Notes under the pieces: generated by a model | The model's input: the letters and a program-made list of their open reading frames with translations, nothing else | Told to the model about the DNA's origin: nothing | Database searches by the model: none | Shown: piece after piece, positions 1-11,731 of the stretch | Position numbering within the stretch: the first letter of the stretch is position 1 | Layout of the letters: each line of letters opens with the position of its first letter | Origin: Tubulanus polymorphus | Taxonomy: Eukaryota; Animalia; Nemertea | Assembly (NCBI RefSeq): GCF_964204645.1 | Contig: NC_134026.1 | Span: 16,774,150-16,838,149, forward strand | DNA: 64,000 nucleotides | Direction: 5' to 3' | Translations under genes and position numbers: made by a program

Positions 1-580
1 TTTGTTCTGATTCAATATCACAGTGTGGGTGCCGTATGGCACCATCTTCTGATTTACTTTTATCTTTACATACTATAGGTTTAATGTTAGAAAATGTTAT
101 AACTCCAGTAGAAATCAATGTCATTTTTCCTCCTAATTGGAATGAAGCATATCCAACCCATTTTTGTAATTCAGTCATAACTAAGTAGTCATTTTTTAAA
201 TCAACATATAATTTATTTTCATCATCACTTGGTATAATCCGTTTACATAATTTTGAATAACATTTTATAATGCCATCACTTATAGAGTCATTTATTCTAG
301 TTAATCTTGCTTCTTCATAAATCTTAAAATATTTTATTTCTTTATCTGGTTTCATAGAGTCTAATTCTTGAAAAGTTATTATTTTCCCCAAGAAATCCTT
401 AGATTTCCCGCCGGCAATTAGTAATTCAAGATAGTGCTTACAATATAAGTAGTATTCATAATCAATATTACAATCAATATTATTTTCCATTTTGGTTGGA
501 ATATCCTTATTATCACTAATGCCCAAATCATCTAATGTTTTTTCAATATCGGTATTATTCTTACTCGATTTCTTTGACAT
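1..580 (-). CDS. Hypothetical viral protein, open to the window edge (absent from the ORF track)
   Basis: ATG at 580 in TTTTTTCTCTAATATAAATG context. Manual translation MSKKSSKNNTDIEKTLDDLG...LELLIAGGKSKDFLGKIITFQELDSM...GAIRHPHCDIESEQ has no stop for 193 codons. Confidence 0.7.
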   Translation of the reverse strand, partial: MSKKSSKNNTDIEKTLDDLGISDNKDIPTKMENNIDCNIDYEYYLYCKHYLELLIAGGKSKDFLGKIITFQELDSMKPDKEIKYFKIYEEARLTRINDSISDGIIKCYSKLCKRIIPSDDENKLYVDLKNDYLVMTELQKWVGYASFQLGGKMTLISTGVITFSNIKPIVCKDKSKSEDGAIRHPHCDIESEQ

Positions 581-1717
581 TTATATTAGAGAAAAAAGCA
601 AGAAAAAAAAAATATTATAAGTATTATAAAATGATACTAGTATCTCTTTAGGTTAATACTAAATTGACTAGGTTAGTTAAAGTCAAAGAATTTCTATTCA
701 AATCTATTCAAAATATAAAGTATTCTCTTTTCGAAAAGAAATATTAGATTTTTGAAAAAATATAATAGAATTAACTAGCTAGTTGAAGTTATTGTTTTTT
801 AAATTCTTTTTATTTAAATTAGGATTTAATATCTCACTAATATTGTTTATCTATTAGGAGCAGTAATTATAACTGTCCAGATAAGTCATTTCGGATTCTT
901 GATAATAAATCTTCAAACTTAAAATCACTTCAAAGAAACGACTGGTGGAATTACTATTTCATAAACACATATATTTTATTCTACAGTCAGTATCGATTTC
1001 CACATTCCAAGCCGCTCGGGAGCCGAGCTGTAAGGTATGCGTGGAATGCAGGAACCAATAAAGTATACTACAACATCTGTCACTGCGACATTAACAACAG
1101 CTGAATGACGCAATTGAAATTTCGGCAAACGTAATGCATTGAAAGCCTATACAGTATGGCTAAACTGCTACAGTCTCATGAGTTGACAAATGCATAATTT
1201 CTGATTCCACATCCTCCTATCTTCACTTTCTTGGTTCAAATAGCAATGGTCTTCTTGTTACGCGTAGCATTTTGTTATCTAAAAGATAAATATCTAGCGT
1301 GGGATAAAACTAACTTGAAGTTGTAGTTTTCAAATATCAATTACAGCACTTAAACATGTTTCCCGACGCCTTAATAACAACAAAAACAGTACTTACATTT
1401 ATAACTGTAAACTCCTACTTGTGTTTCTAGAGAAAAATCTTATACGTTCTATATATTCCGTCTGTTCAGTTCGGCTGTTGTAATGCGACTGCGCTCAATA
1501 TACCCAGGCACTGTCTGTCTAAGCAACAGATGTTCCTTTGTGATGTAATTGATTAATCCTTTTCAACTGGAATAGCACATTCGATCAATATTCAAATGAG
1601 GTACACCCCATTCAACCGAATATAAAATGTGGCACAGATGTTAGTATAATTGCATATAGGTAGTTATAATGGATAACTATATACACACATACACAAGCGA
1701 GTTCTTATTATAAACGC

Positions 1718-2372
1718 TTAAGATTCAACATGTTTTTCATTCTGCGTTGAATTCCATAATTCAACAAATTTCTTTGCTTTATCCAGTTGATCTAAATATA
1801 ATCTCATATCAAGTGTGTTCCCTTTCCTTATATTTTCCTTCTTTTCGAGAGTTCTTAAATTTCTCCAATTCCAAATTAGTTTTTTATTATAATCATCACT
1901 CATGTCAAATTTAGAAATCGGCAACACGTGATCAATATGAAACTATTCACCATAATTATCTATATTCATTTTATCATCGAATTGATATATTATCCATGAT
2001 TCGAGTAATTCATCTGTACAACCCAACAAATTAGATAGTTTTTCTGAATGCGTTTCTTTGTTGAATAATTGTGTTAATCTAGACCTTAAACATTGTTTCA
2101 TTTTAAAATTAAGATCTGTTTTATATCTTCCTCTCATATATTCTGTCATATAATCATTTTAATGTTCTCTATTATCTGCTCGATATTGTTTAGTATATAG
2201 TTTAATACAAGTTTTTGCAGCAATATTGAAAACCATCTTTGCTAATCTTACGCTTACTAAATTCTGTTAGAGCTAATTTATCTAATTCACATTTAGAACA
2301 TTTCTTGTAGTATATATTTATAACACCAGTGTTATTTGTAATATTGATAGTTTGTGATTGTTCTGGCTCCAT
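1718..2372 (-). pseudogene. HNH endonuclease of the type common in giant viruses, with N-terminal CxxC pairs
   Basis: Joined frames read MEPEQ...KKCSKCE...KDGFQYCCKTC...NFKMKQCLRSRL...LLGCT...QFDDKMNIDNYGE*FHIDHVLPISKFD...NWRNLRTLEKKENIRKG. One frameshift and two in-frame stops. Confidence 0.8.
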
Positions 2373-2425
2373 TTATTATACATATTTTTACTAAATTATA
2401 TACTCATATTTTTACTAAAATTTGA

Positions 2426-5400
2426 TTAACACGCTAAAATCCTTTTTAAAATCTCTTTTGTTTCTTCTCTTTTCAATTTTAAATATTCATCTAAATTGCA
2501 ACCATACGCGACTGTATGAATTCCGTCATCTAAAATATATCTTTTATCATCAAATGGGTTCAAACTAACCTTTTCTATCTCTTCAATAAACATTTCATGA
2601 TCTTCAGGTCTTAAACATCTCATCTTATGTTTTCTAACTTCTTCATTGAATATACAATTGATGTAATCTTTGAAATGAATATTTTTTTCTACTACGCTTT
2701 TGGTAATTCCTTTCAATTTCTTTGATTCATGAGTTTTAGTGAGATTCATGAGTTATACACTTTAGATCTAATTCCTATGAACTCTATCATTTCTTTACCA
2801 CCTAATTCATCCTTAAACTTCCCGGAAACTTTTTTATTATCATTGTTAAACAATTCGTGAGTTTTAGGATAATTACCGAAATCAAAATGATGTTTTAATG
2901 TTTTTAAATCATCAGTTATGTTATTAGTTTTTATCTTTAATATGTAACTGTCAGTATCAAAATAAAAGATTTCTACATGCTTTTCTCCAAAATGTGGTTG
3001 TAATATGTTATAATAGAATTCATACATTAATAACTTTGATATTTCAAAAACTGTAGCTCCAACATAAATTGGTTTATTAAATTTCATAGATGTTCTCCTC
3101 ATTTTAACTGCAGCTAAATTTTCATCAAATATTCTGTTACCAATAAATTTAGGATATGTTTGTAAATGTCTAATTATTTTACCATTACTAACTAACACAA
3201 TATCATTTCTATTTCTAATATTTTCACATGTCTTACCATAGAATGCATTATTCATTAGTTTGAAGAAATCCTTCTCAAAATCAGTTTTAGCTTTAGTCCT
3301 CTGTTTGGTATTAAAATCTTTATATTTTTCTAACCATTTAGATTGAAATTTAGACTAAAATATATCTATGTACTTTTTTTAGAATCATTCCTTGATTCAA
3401 ATAGAATTTTAACATTCTATAATGTACTACATAATTATATTTGTCTTCCTGAGTTACCATTAACTTTTCTGTATGAATATAATTTTCAGGTTTAATTCTT
3501 TTTTGATAATTTGATAATTCTTTATGCGTTACAGTTTTATGTTCTGGACAGTATGCTAGATTTCTAGATTTAAATTTTTTATCTTCAGGATTTTCCAAGT
3601 CTACAACAAAGAAGTAACCAGTAACTGAAACATCTGCAATATCTAGAATTCTTTTCTTCCAATCAAATTTATCATTATTTTCATGTTGTAAAATTTCACT
3701 TATTTCAAATACTCCATAAGGTTGTGGTTCCATCATTGCCCATCCATAAAGATTATTTGCATCTATATATAATAACTTATATCCAGGGTTATCATTTACA
3801 TTGAAATATCTATCGCTTATACACCTGAAACTCCTCCTCTTATAGATTTTTCAAATAATAATAATTGATTTATATTTGTTAACAAATCCATTTTTATATC
3901 TGTAAATTTTAAACCACAATCCCAAGTTAAACCCGGGCTAGAATAACAACGGCAAGGATCAATATTAAAATATTTTACATCTCTAGACCTTTCGAATATA
4001 TCAGTTAATAATAATACATCAGATTTTAAATATAAATCTACTTATTGTCCATGATTTGTTATTCTTAAATGATTCCAAATATTCAATGTTCTATTATATA
4101 CTTCGTCTTTAACATATTCATTTTTTAATTCATCATAGAATTGTTCTTTTAATAATTCAGTTATATTGAAATCATTATGTCATTTATAAAAACTATATGG
4201 TATTGCGCCTTTATATCTCATTAATTGAAAATCATCATTATTTGGATAGTGTTGCTTTAATATTTTTAATTCATCATCAACTAATGATTTTGATAAATTA
4301 TCTAATGAACTACCTAAAAATCTATATGAATCTATAAATCTTAGACACCCAAATTGGAAAGATATATAATTCTCAGATGTTTTAGCTAACATTTTATATT
4401 TATAAGTTGGTATTTTATCTTTTGATCTATATGAATTTAATCTTTCTATTTGATTATTGATTTCTCCTATTTTATGACATAGCTGTTTGATGAATAAATG
4501 AGCATCATACCCTGATAAATTATGAAATATTACTGGAACAAAATTGATTTACTTTGCTTGTAAGTTACAATTCTCATGTGCCGCACCTCTAAACTTTTCA
4601 TTCAAATGATCATGGTCTCTTACTTTTTTATCTTTATAATTAAATAGTTTTTCACAATAATAACATTTATCATCAAACTCAAATTCTTCTTTATCTTCTT
4701 CTGTCATTATAATTTCTTTATTTGTATCTAATACTTTACTAAATTTGATTTCATACTCGATTAATAAGTCACAAAAATGATTGATAACATTTTCATTTCT
4801 GTAATGATAATATTCACTTTCAATTAGTTCTGGATAATCAGATTTTATATATAACCCGAAAGCTGCAGCTGATTGATGAATCTTTTCAATAGTATTTGTT
4901 ATTAGAGGATCTGAATAATCAATTATATCAGAATTTAATTTCTTTCTTCTATAATATATTTCTTTTCTATCTTGATCAGTTAATTCTTTATTTAATGATT
5001 CAAAATCTCCATATATAACAAATGGTACTTTATTCATGTAATCATATTTTTTAATTCTAATACTTTATCCTTTTCATTTGGTAAAACTATTTTACAATAA
5101 TCATGATTTTCACATAATTGTTTATGATTTAATAATGCACTTTCAGTTCTGAATTTAGTTATACATTTTCTACATAGATATATTTTATTATCAAAATCAT
5201 TTTCTGATTTGAAAAATAAATCAATACGTTTAATCCACATATAATGATTCTCATAATATAGTATATCTATAACATCATTTGAATCATAATCTTTTGATAA
5301 GTATAGAGGTTCTAATGTATAATGTTTAATATTATTACCTTTCGTTTTTGGTAATTTGATTAAATCGAATACATTTATTTTTAGATTATTATCTCTTTCT

Positions 5401-6492
5401 ATTTTTGGAATATTTTTAATTCTAACTGGATAATTATCTATCTTATAATTATTTTCAAATTATTTATAATTTGTTAATCTAAAACTATGTTGTTTATAAT
5501 CTTCAACTGGGTGTAAGCAACTAATAATTGACCATAGAAAACATTTATCATCAGAATTTTGTACATTTATAACAGCATTAGTTTTAAATGGTAATTTGAT
5601 ATAACTTGATCCATTAATATTATCATCTTTATAATATGATAAATTATTTTCATCAATTGGTTTTGATTTAGTTAACTAATTATATTTTGTGTTATAAACA
5701 TGTAAAATCATAAATATTATTTCATCAAAAATTAAACCAGACCCTTCAAAATATTTCTCTTCTATTTTACTTTTTATTTCATTATAACATTTATCGAATT
5801 TATCATCTATATGTTGTTTTGAAATAATATGTTGTGAATGAGAATTTATATTATATATTGTTTTATGTTCAGATTTTATAAACTTTACTTTAGAAGATAT
5901 ACTAATTTTAGGGTATTCAACATCTGTAATTATCTTTATAATATTTTTCATATTTTCTAAATGTTTTTTATTTTCTTCTAATGTTTTTCCTTTATGAAAT
6001 TTAAACTCAATAGCAGCTGGACCAATATCACTTTTAAATGCTTCAGTTATCTCAACTTCTTTTTTATTATCTAATGAATTAATATAATTTCTAACATCTT
6101 CCATGTATGGCCTTTTATTGTTTAATTTATCTTTTATTCTTTTAATTGTCTTCGGTTTCTTATCATTATCTTTTTCAAAATAATCCTCACCTAAAATATC
6201 ATTATTCATATTTCTAATATGACTTTTAGATTTTAAATGTTCTTTATAATATCTTTTATCACTGAATGATTGATTACATGTATCACATTTGTATGTTTCT
6301 TTTTCATTCTTTAATTCTGTATGTTTCTTTTTCATTCTTTAATTCATCTAATTTAGTTTCTAATATATCATCTTTATATTCTAACTTTAATTTATTTTCT
6401 AAATGCGTTTTAGTTTTATTGTGCTTTGCTTTTTGGGATTTATCTATATTGATTTTACATGCCGGACAGTAGTACTTCTTATTTGCTTCCAT
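2426..6492 (-). pseudogene. polB: Protein-primed family B DNA polymerase (pPolB) with N-terminal Zn fingers, a vOTU-like domain and an endonuclease-VII-like insert
   Basis: Motifs occur in order across frames: CPAC/CDTC fingers; INVQNSDDKCFLWS...ENHY; ExoI YGDFES; RDHDHLNEKFRGAAHENCN; ExoII FHNLSGYD; ExoIII YLKSDV; SIRGG; motif A YIDANNLYGWAM; motif B KLMNNAFYGKT; motif C YFDTDS; C-terminal KLKGI and DDKRY. Confidence 0.95.
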
Positions 6493-6522
6493 TTTAATAC
6501 TAAATTTTTTTATTAAAATTGA

Positions 6523-6950
6523 TTTTCAAATAATACATATTAGATACCTTAATACTTAAAAACCCCTTTTTCTAAAATATATATAACTTATTTTAATTTT
6601 TCAACTAAGTTTGAAATAATAAAGGTTATTGTAGATTAATACATATTAAATACATAAATAATTACATATGTATTAGATACGTATTAGATATGTATTAGAT
6701 ACGTATTAGATACATAAATACTTAAAACCTCGTTTTTTAAAATAAATATTATTTATTCAATTTTCAACCAATTTATTTTTGTTTTTTCAACTAAGTTTGA
6801 AAATAATAAAGGTTAATTATTATTACTGAGGTTTCAATATAAATTTAAAAAATTATAATTTAAGGTATTTTCAAATAATATAGTATTAGATACATAAATA
6901 CTTAAAAATCCTTTTTTATTAACTATTATTTTATACAATTTTCAACCAAT
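6523..6950. repeat. AT-rich intergenic repeat block upstream of pPolB
   Basis: Four tandem 11-mers GTATTAGATAY (~6670-6713). About three longer imperfect units contain TATTAGATAC..AATACTTAAAA. TTTTTCAACTAAGTTTGAAA occurs twice. Confidence 0.8.
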
Positions 6951-6953
6951 ATA

Positions 6954-7340
6954 TTATGTGAGATAATTAACATCATTTTCATCATCATTCTCCAATTCAT
7001 CATCAGACTCTAACAATTTATTCAACCTCTCTACAGAATCATCATTAAATTCTTCATTATAATCCTTTTTCATCCTATCTTTCATCCTATCTACCGCATC
7101 ATTAATTTGTTTTACTACTTTACGTTTCGTCCAATCTATATAATCTTCATTATCAATATGCTTTCCAGTAACTATATTTTCATTGTCATCTTTCTTAGTG
7201 TTTGACTCCAACATTTCATTTACAATGTTTGATCCTAATATTTTTTTAGCAGCAGATAAATCTAATTTATCATTACTAGGTTCCTTAGATAAAAATTCAC
7301 CTAATAAATCTTTATATAAATCTTTACCATTTACTTTTTT
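6954..7340 (-). CDS. Acidic hypothetical viral protein, 3' part, fused in frame to the capsid C-terminal remnant
   Basis: The 86-aa ORF extends upstream without a stop (KKVNGKDLYKDLLGEFLSK...NEMLESN) into IHIYIISDAQLNIVSN. Confidence 0.5.
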   Translation of the reverse strand, partial: KKVNGKDLYKDLLGEFLSKEPSNDKLDLSAAKKILGSNIVNEMLESNTKKDDNENIVTGKHIDNEDYIDWTKRKVVKQINDAVDRMKDRMKKDYNEEFNDDSVERLNKLLESDDELENDDENDVNYLT

Positions 7341-8363
7341 ATTTGAAACAATATTTAATTGCGCGTCAGATATAATATAAATGTGTATTTTAAAATTTTT
7401 GATTCCTTTTTTCTATCATTCTCATTCCTTGACAAAATATTTTATTTGCTATTCCTTCGATAGTTATTTCTACTTTTGTTATTTCAGGATTATAATAATT
7501 ATCGACCTGTATTGCGCCATTAGAATATGTTGCAATGGTAAAAAATATTAATATACCTTTAATAGATCTTCTTTGGAAGTTAATATTCTCATTAATAATT
7601 TCATCACTTGCATTAATAGTTACAGTTTTTTAAATTTATCAATATAATCATATAATAATGAAAATCCTTGATTGTATTGAGTTTGAATTATACTTGAAAT
7701 ATTTTCATCAGTTACTGTGTCATATTCTAAACATATATTCGATAATTTATAACCCATATCTTTAACAACGCTAGATAATACAATTTCATTAACAGGAGCA
7801 AATGTTATTTCAAATATAACATCTTCTTGAATTGCGTATTTATATAAAGGTGCATTATTATTTATCAATTCAAAATCTAATGGAATTTTATGTTTGCTTC
7901 CATAAATCATTTTGATCAAATTATCTGCGGTACGAGTTACTATTGCGTCATTCGCTCCTGATCTTAATTTATTTTGGTTTTCTGATTGGATGCCTTGAAA
8001 TATCATATTATTTCTATTTTCTTTTGTTAACCATAAATCTTTGTAATGCATAAATAAATTATAATCATCTAATGAGAAAACTGTTTCTGGCCCAATCTTT
8101 ATAGTTAATTTTTTAATCAAATATCTTCCAACATTATCAACAACATAATTATTATTATTACCCGTTACATTTATACCAGCTGATGAATAAATACTATTTG
8201 GAACATAAAAAGTATTTTGTGTTAATCTAGGGATTCTAACATATAAAGTTTCATCAGGATTAATATAAGAAGGGTTATGAGTAATTATATGATGAGATCT
8301 TTCTGCTTTAATAGCATTAGATATTCTATGATTCTTAGATGGATTTATATAACTCCCACTCAT
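7341..8363 (-). pseudogene. Double jelly-roll major capsid protein, frameshifted and internally deleted
   Basis: 247-aa beta-rich ORF (ITHNPSYINPDETLYVRIPRL...DNVGRYLIKKLTIKIG...YKDLWL...KIPLDFEL...LSNICLEYD). It continues in other frames as RSIKGILIFF...YNPEITKVEITIEG...QGM and IISDAQLNI. The pattern matches MCPs of invertebrate Polinton-like elements as I recall them. Confidence 0.8.
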
Positions 8364-10139
8364 TAATTCAACAAAAAAATTAATTATATATTTTTTATCA
8401 TATTCACTAACCCAAAAATAATAGCACTTACAACTGTAATTAAAAATAAAATAATATGTTCAGCAGCAAAGTTAAGAATATTCCCTGCAGATTTCAATGT
8501 AAAACCAACAATTGATGCAATAGCTCCGGGTAAAGCTGCAGCAGATTTTTTAGATAGTTCCCATAAACATTTTGCTAATTTTTTTAAACCATCCTTAACT
8601 TTATCTTCTATAGAATTATTATCATTTGGGGGTTTATCCGGTTTATTAGGATTTGGTGTAGATTTCAATGAATTTGATATAGCTAAACCAATTGTTGTGA
8701 ATACCATAGTTACAGCTGTTAGAATTGAAAGAATTGTTATACCTTCAAACATAAATAATAATTTTATTCTGTCTTTCAATGATATTTCAGAATTTGGTTT
8801 TATTATTAACTTTTTAACAACAACTTTTAATCTATTAATACAATAATCATATGATTTTAATAATAATTTCATTTTTCTCTCTGAAATTCTATGTTATATT
8901 CTAAATCATCAATTTCTTTTTCTAAATATGCATTTCTTTTTTTAAATTCAATTTCTTCAATAACTTTAAATTATCTATCTAATTTTAATTGTTCTAATTC
9001 TTTTCTGGTGTCAAATAATTTATTTTCTACAGGTTTTATTTTATTATATCTAATATTTTTTTCGCGCGCAATTTTATCGGCTTCATTTCGTATACTTATT
9101 ATTTCTTTCAGAAAACATACTTAAAGCTTCTATTTCTTGATCTGTTGCATCAATTAATCCATTCGGTAAAAGTTTTTCAGTTTGAACTTCGTTTGATTTA
9201 AGTTTACTAGTTATGGAAATTATATTCTGTTCAGAAGTTGTTTCTGTTTGTTGTTTCTTTTAATTCTAGATGGTTCTAAATTACTCAAAGTTGATTCTGC
9301 TAATATTTAGGGTTTTCTGTTTCTTCACAGAAAACCCTATTGAAATTCGCGTGATTATTATTTTTTTTTCCCTTTTCCACACAGTTTTTGTTAAAAGTGT
9401 AAAGGCTTCCTTACCTTACCGCTGTCGCCGATACAATCCGTATGATATCCTTCAGCTCACTTCAATCTCCAGATAGTGCATGGGGATTTTGATAAATCCA
9501 CGTTATAAAGGCACTGTCGAGCCGTAAACATCGGAAATTTGGCTCCGTTCAATTAGTAGCCATGTTGTGTTTTCTTTCCGAAATTTCTCTCTTCTTTTCG
9601 AGGAAGAGCTATCGAATAATTCCCTCTCTTCTCCACAATCAATTTCAAAGTCAATTTTATGAATTTATTGCTCAGCGGGTCCGAGTCCAAGAGTTTACGA
9701 GTCCGGCGTTCGCGTGTCTGACAGGTTTACGGGCATTTGTTTGTTACCTTTTTAATATTTTTGATTTCTTGTTATTCCGGTTATTTTATTTAAGTATATT
9801 GCTGATCAGTTCATGTAACCAAAAGCGTCAATAAACAGATTTTGAATTGATCAAGTTTGAATGAAGGTCGTTGAGTCGCGGAGGGCTACTAGAATTACGT
9901 TCGTCTCAGAGAGAAAACAAACGACAGAAAAGTACCAGGTGATTATCGATAGCCTACTACGGTACACACAGTTGACAAACAGTGTTAGGCCTGTGCCGGT
10001 TGGTGCGTCCTGGGAATAAATATACTGGTTGGTCAGTTGGTTCGGTTGTGAAGTGTGGAAGCTAAGAAAGCCTACCGGTATTTATTTGTTATAGGCCTTT
10101 TGTATAGTACCCAATACAATTTAAAGTACGTAGTACGAA

Positions 10140-10464
10140 GTTGTTACCCGTACGTGACTGTACGGTGATATCCATAGGTTAACCGTACGTGAGTTCCCTA
10201 AAAATGCCGTACGTGAGTTCCTATAATCTGCAAACACGCGTGCGTAAAAGAATAGAGTTTGGATTAGGTGAGGCTAGGCTATTTGTAAATCAAATTTCAT
10301 CTAACCTGCAGTTACGTTCTGTGGCACAGTGGGTTAATCACTGGACTACTACTGGATTTTTTTTTCGTTTGGTTTCGAATCCCAATATTGCATGTATGAG
10401 CGTCAACGTACTCACATATGGCTAACCTGTAGTAATCGCCGTACAGTCACGTACAGGTAACAAC
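10140..10464. mobile_element. MITE with ~28-bp TIRs containing a tRNA-like segment
   Basis: TIRs GTTGTTACCCGTACGTGACTGTACGG / CCGTACAGTCACGTACAGGTAACAAC. Internal A box TGGCACAGTGG (10322) and B box GGTTTCGAATCCC (10371). Confidence 0.65.
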
Positions 10465-10650
10465 AGCGTTTTAAGTATTGAGTGCGACAAGCCTACCATG
10501 CCTATGTGCTACAAACACAACTTTTTCCCCTCTTCTCGGCCCTACAGTGATGTTACTAATAACTGGTGCCATAATAACATGGATAGGATTTGGTCAGGAC
10601 TAGCCTAAAGTCTAATTCAGTCTATGTACTAATTCACTCGATAGGCCTAT

Positions 10651-11731
10651 TTTTAGCCCACTTGGGCGATTGCGTTCACTTTTCGTCCATCGTCCGTCAG
10701 TCCGTCGGTAGACGGAATCCAGTTATTTTGGGAAGACGCTTCAATGTAATGTCTTGATATTTGTGTTACACGTGTATCTACCCTAGACACATCTTCAGCC
10801 CAAAAACTGGCCCTGTCAGAATCAAGATGGCCGACTGGCAGCCATTGTTGTTCACCAAAATCAACACTTTTTACACATTTTTGAACTTTTTGAGGGCAAT
10901 TTTGAAGACGCTTCGATCAATTACCTTGATCTTTTGGATGTATGTGAATCCCCCAGGGCCCATCAGCATAACAAAAGTTGGGTCGATCGGACTCAAGATG
11001 ACTGTCCTATGACCTTTTTAGTGCCCAAAAATGTCAATTTTGGCCAGAATTCTGAGTGCTGTAGCTCCCTACTGGTTTGCCATTTCTCATTGCAATTTGT
11101 GATGGGTATTCTATGGGTATTTTATACCTGAGACAGGTATTTTGATCAGCCAATTATGACGCAATTGGCGGCCATCTTGGTGTCATAAGCACTCATTCGT
11201 AGGCGGGAAAAAGTTTTTCCACGTTATATTGTTGATATTTAAGCATATTTTCTTACCACAATCAATTGGAAAGTTGTAGCTCATGACATGGTCTATGATT
11301 GTGGTGAGTTTGAAGGTCATTGTTTTTGTATATGGCCACCAGGGGGCGTTGAATAATACAATATCTTAGTATTTCTATATTATATTCGTATCAATGCATA
11401 TTTTGTAACCACAATCAACTGCAAAGTTGTAGCTCATGACATCTATGATTGTGTCAAGTTTTAAGGCCAATAGTTATTCTATATGGTCACCACGGGGTGT
11501 TGAATAGAAGAATAACTTAGTATTTCCTTATTATATTGGTACCTAGGCATATTTTGTTACCATGATCTATTACAAAGTTATAGTTCGTGACATGTTCTAT
11601 AATTGTGGTGAGTTTCAAGGTCAGTGGGTTTTGAATATGGTCACCAGGGGGCGTTGAATATTGAAATTGTTAGATTGTTGAGCATTCGGAACCACTTCCC
11701 AAGTGGGCATGGTGTCCCTGGACCCCTAGTT
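10651..11731 (+). mobile_element. HINE family 2, copy A, nested in the larger Helentron
   Basis: SubTIRs GCCCACTTGGG / CCCAAGTGGGC, GTCC-type microsatellite, internal ~155-bp tandem repeats, 3' hairpin GTCC-CT-GGAC followed by CTAGTT. Homologous to copies at 18.2, 18.6 and 61.1 kb. Confidence 0.9.

Noticed and set aside
980-1146. Minus-strand frame with NVAVTDVVVYFIG resembling GPCR TM2
   Set aside because: Short, bounded by stops, weak splice signals and no other TM segments.
10761-11131. ORFs with MADWQPLL (also 19246-19629 and 18015-18501)
   Set aside because: They lie in non-coding HINE copies, and the frames are not conserved between copies.
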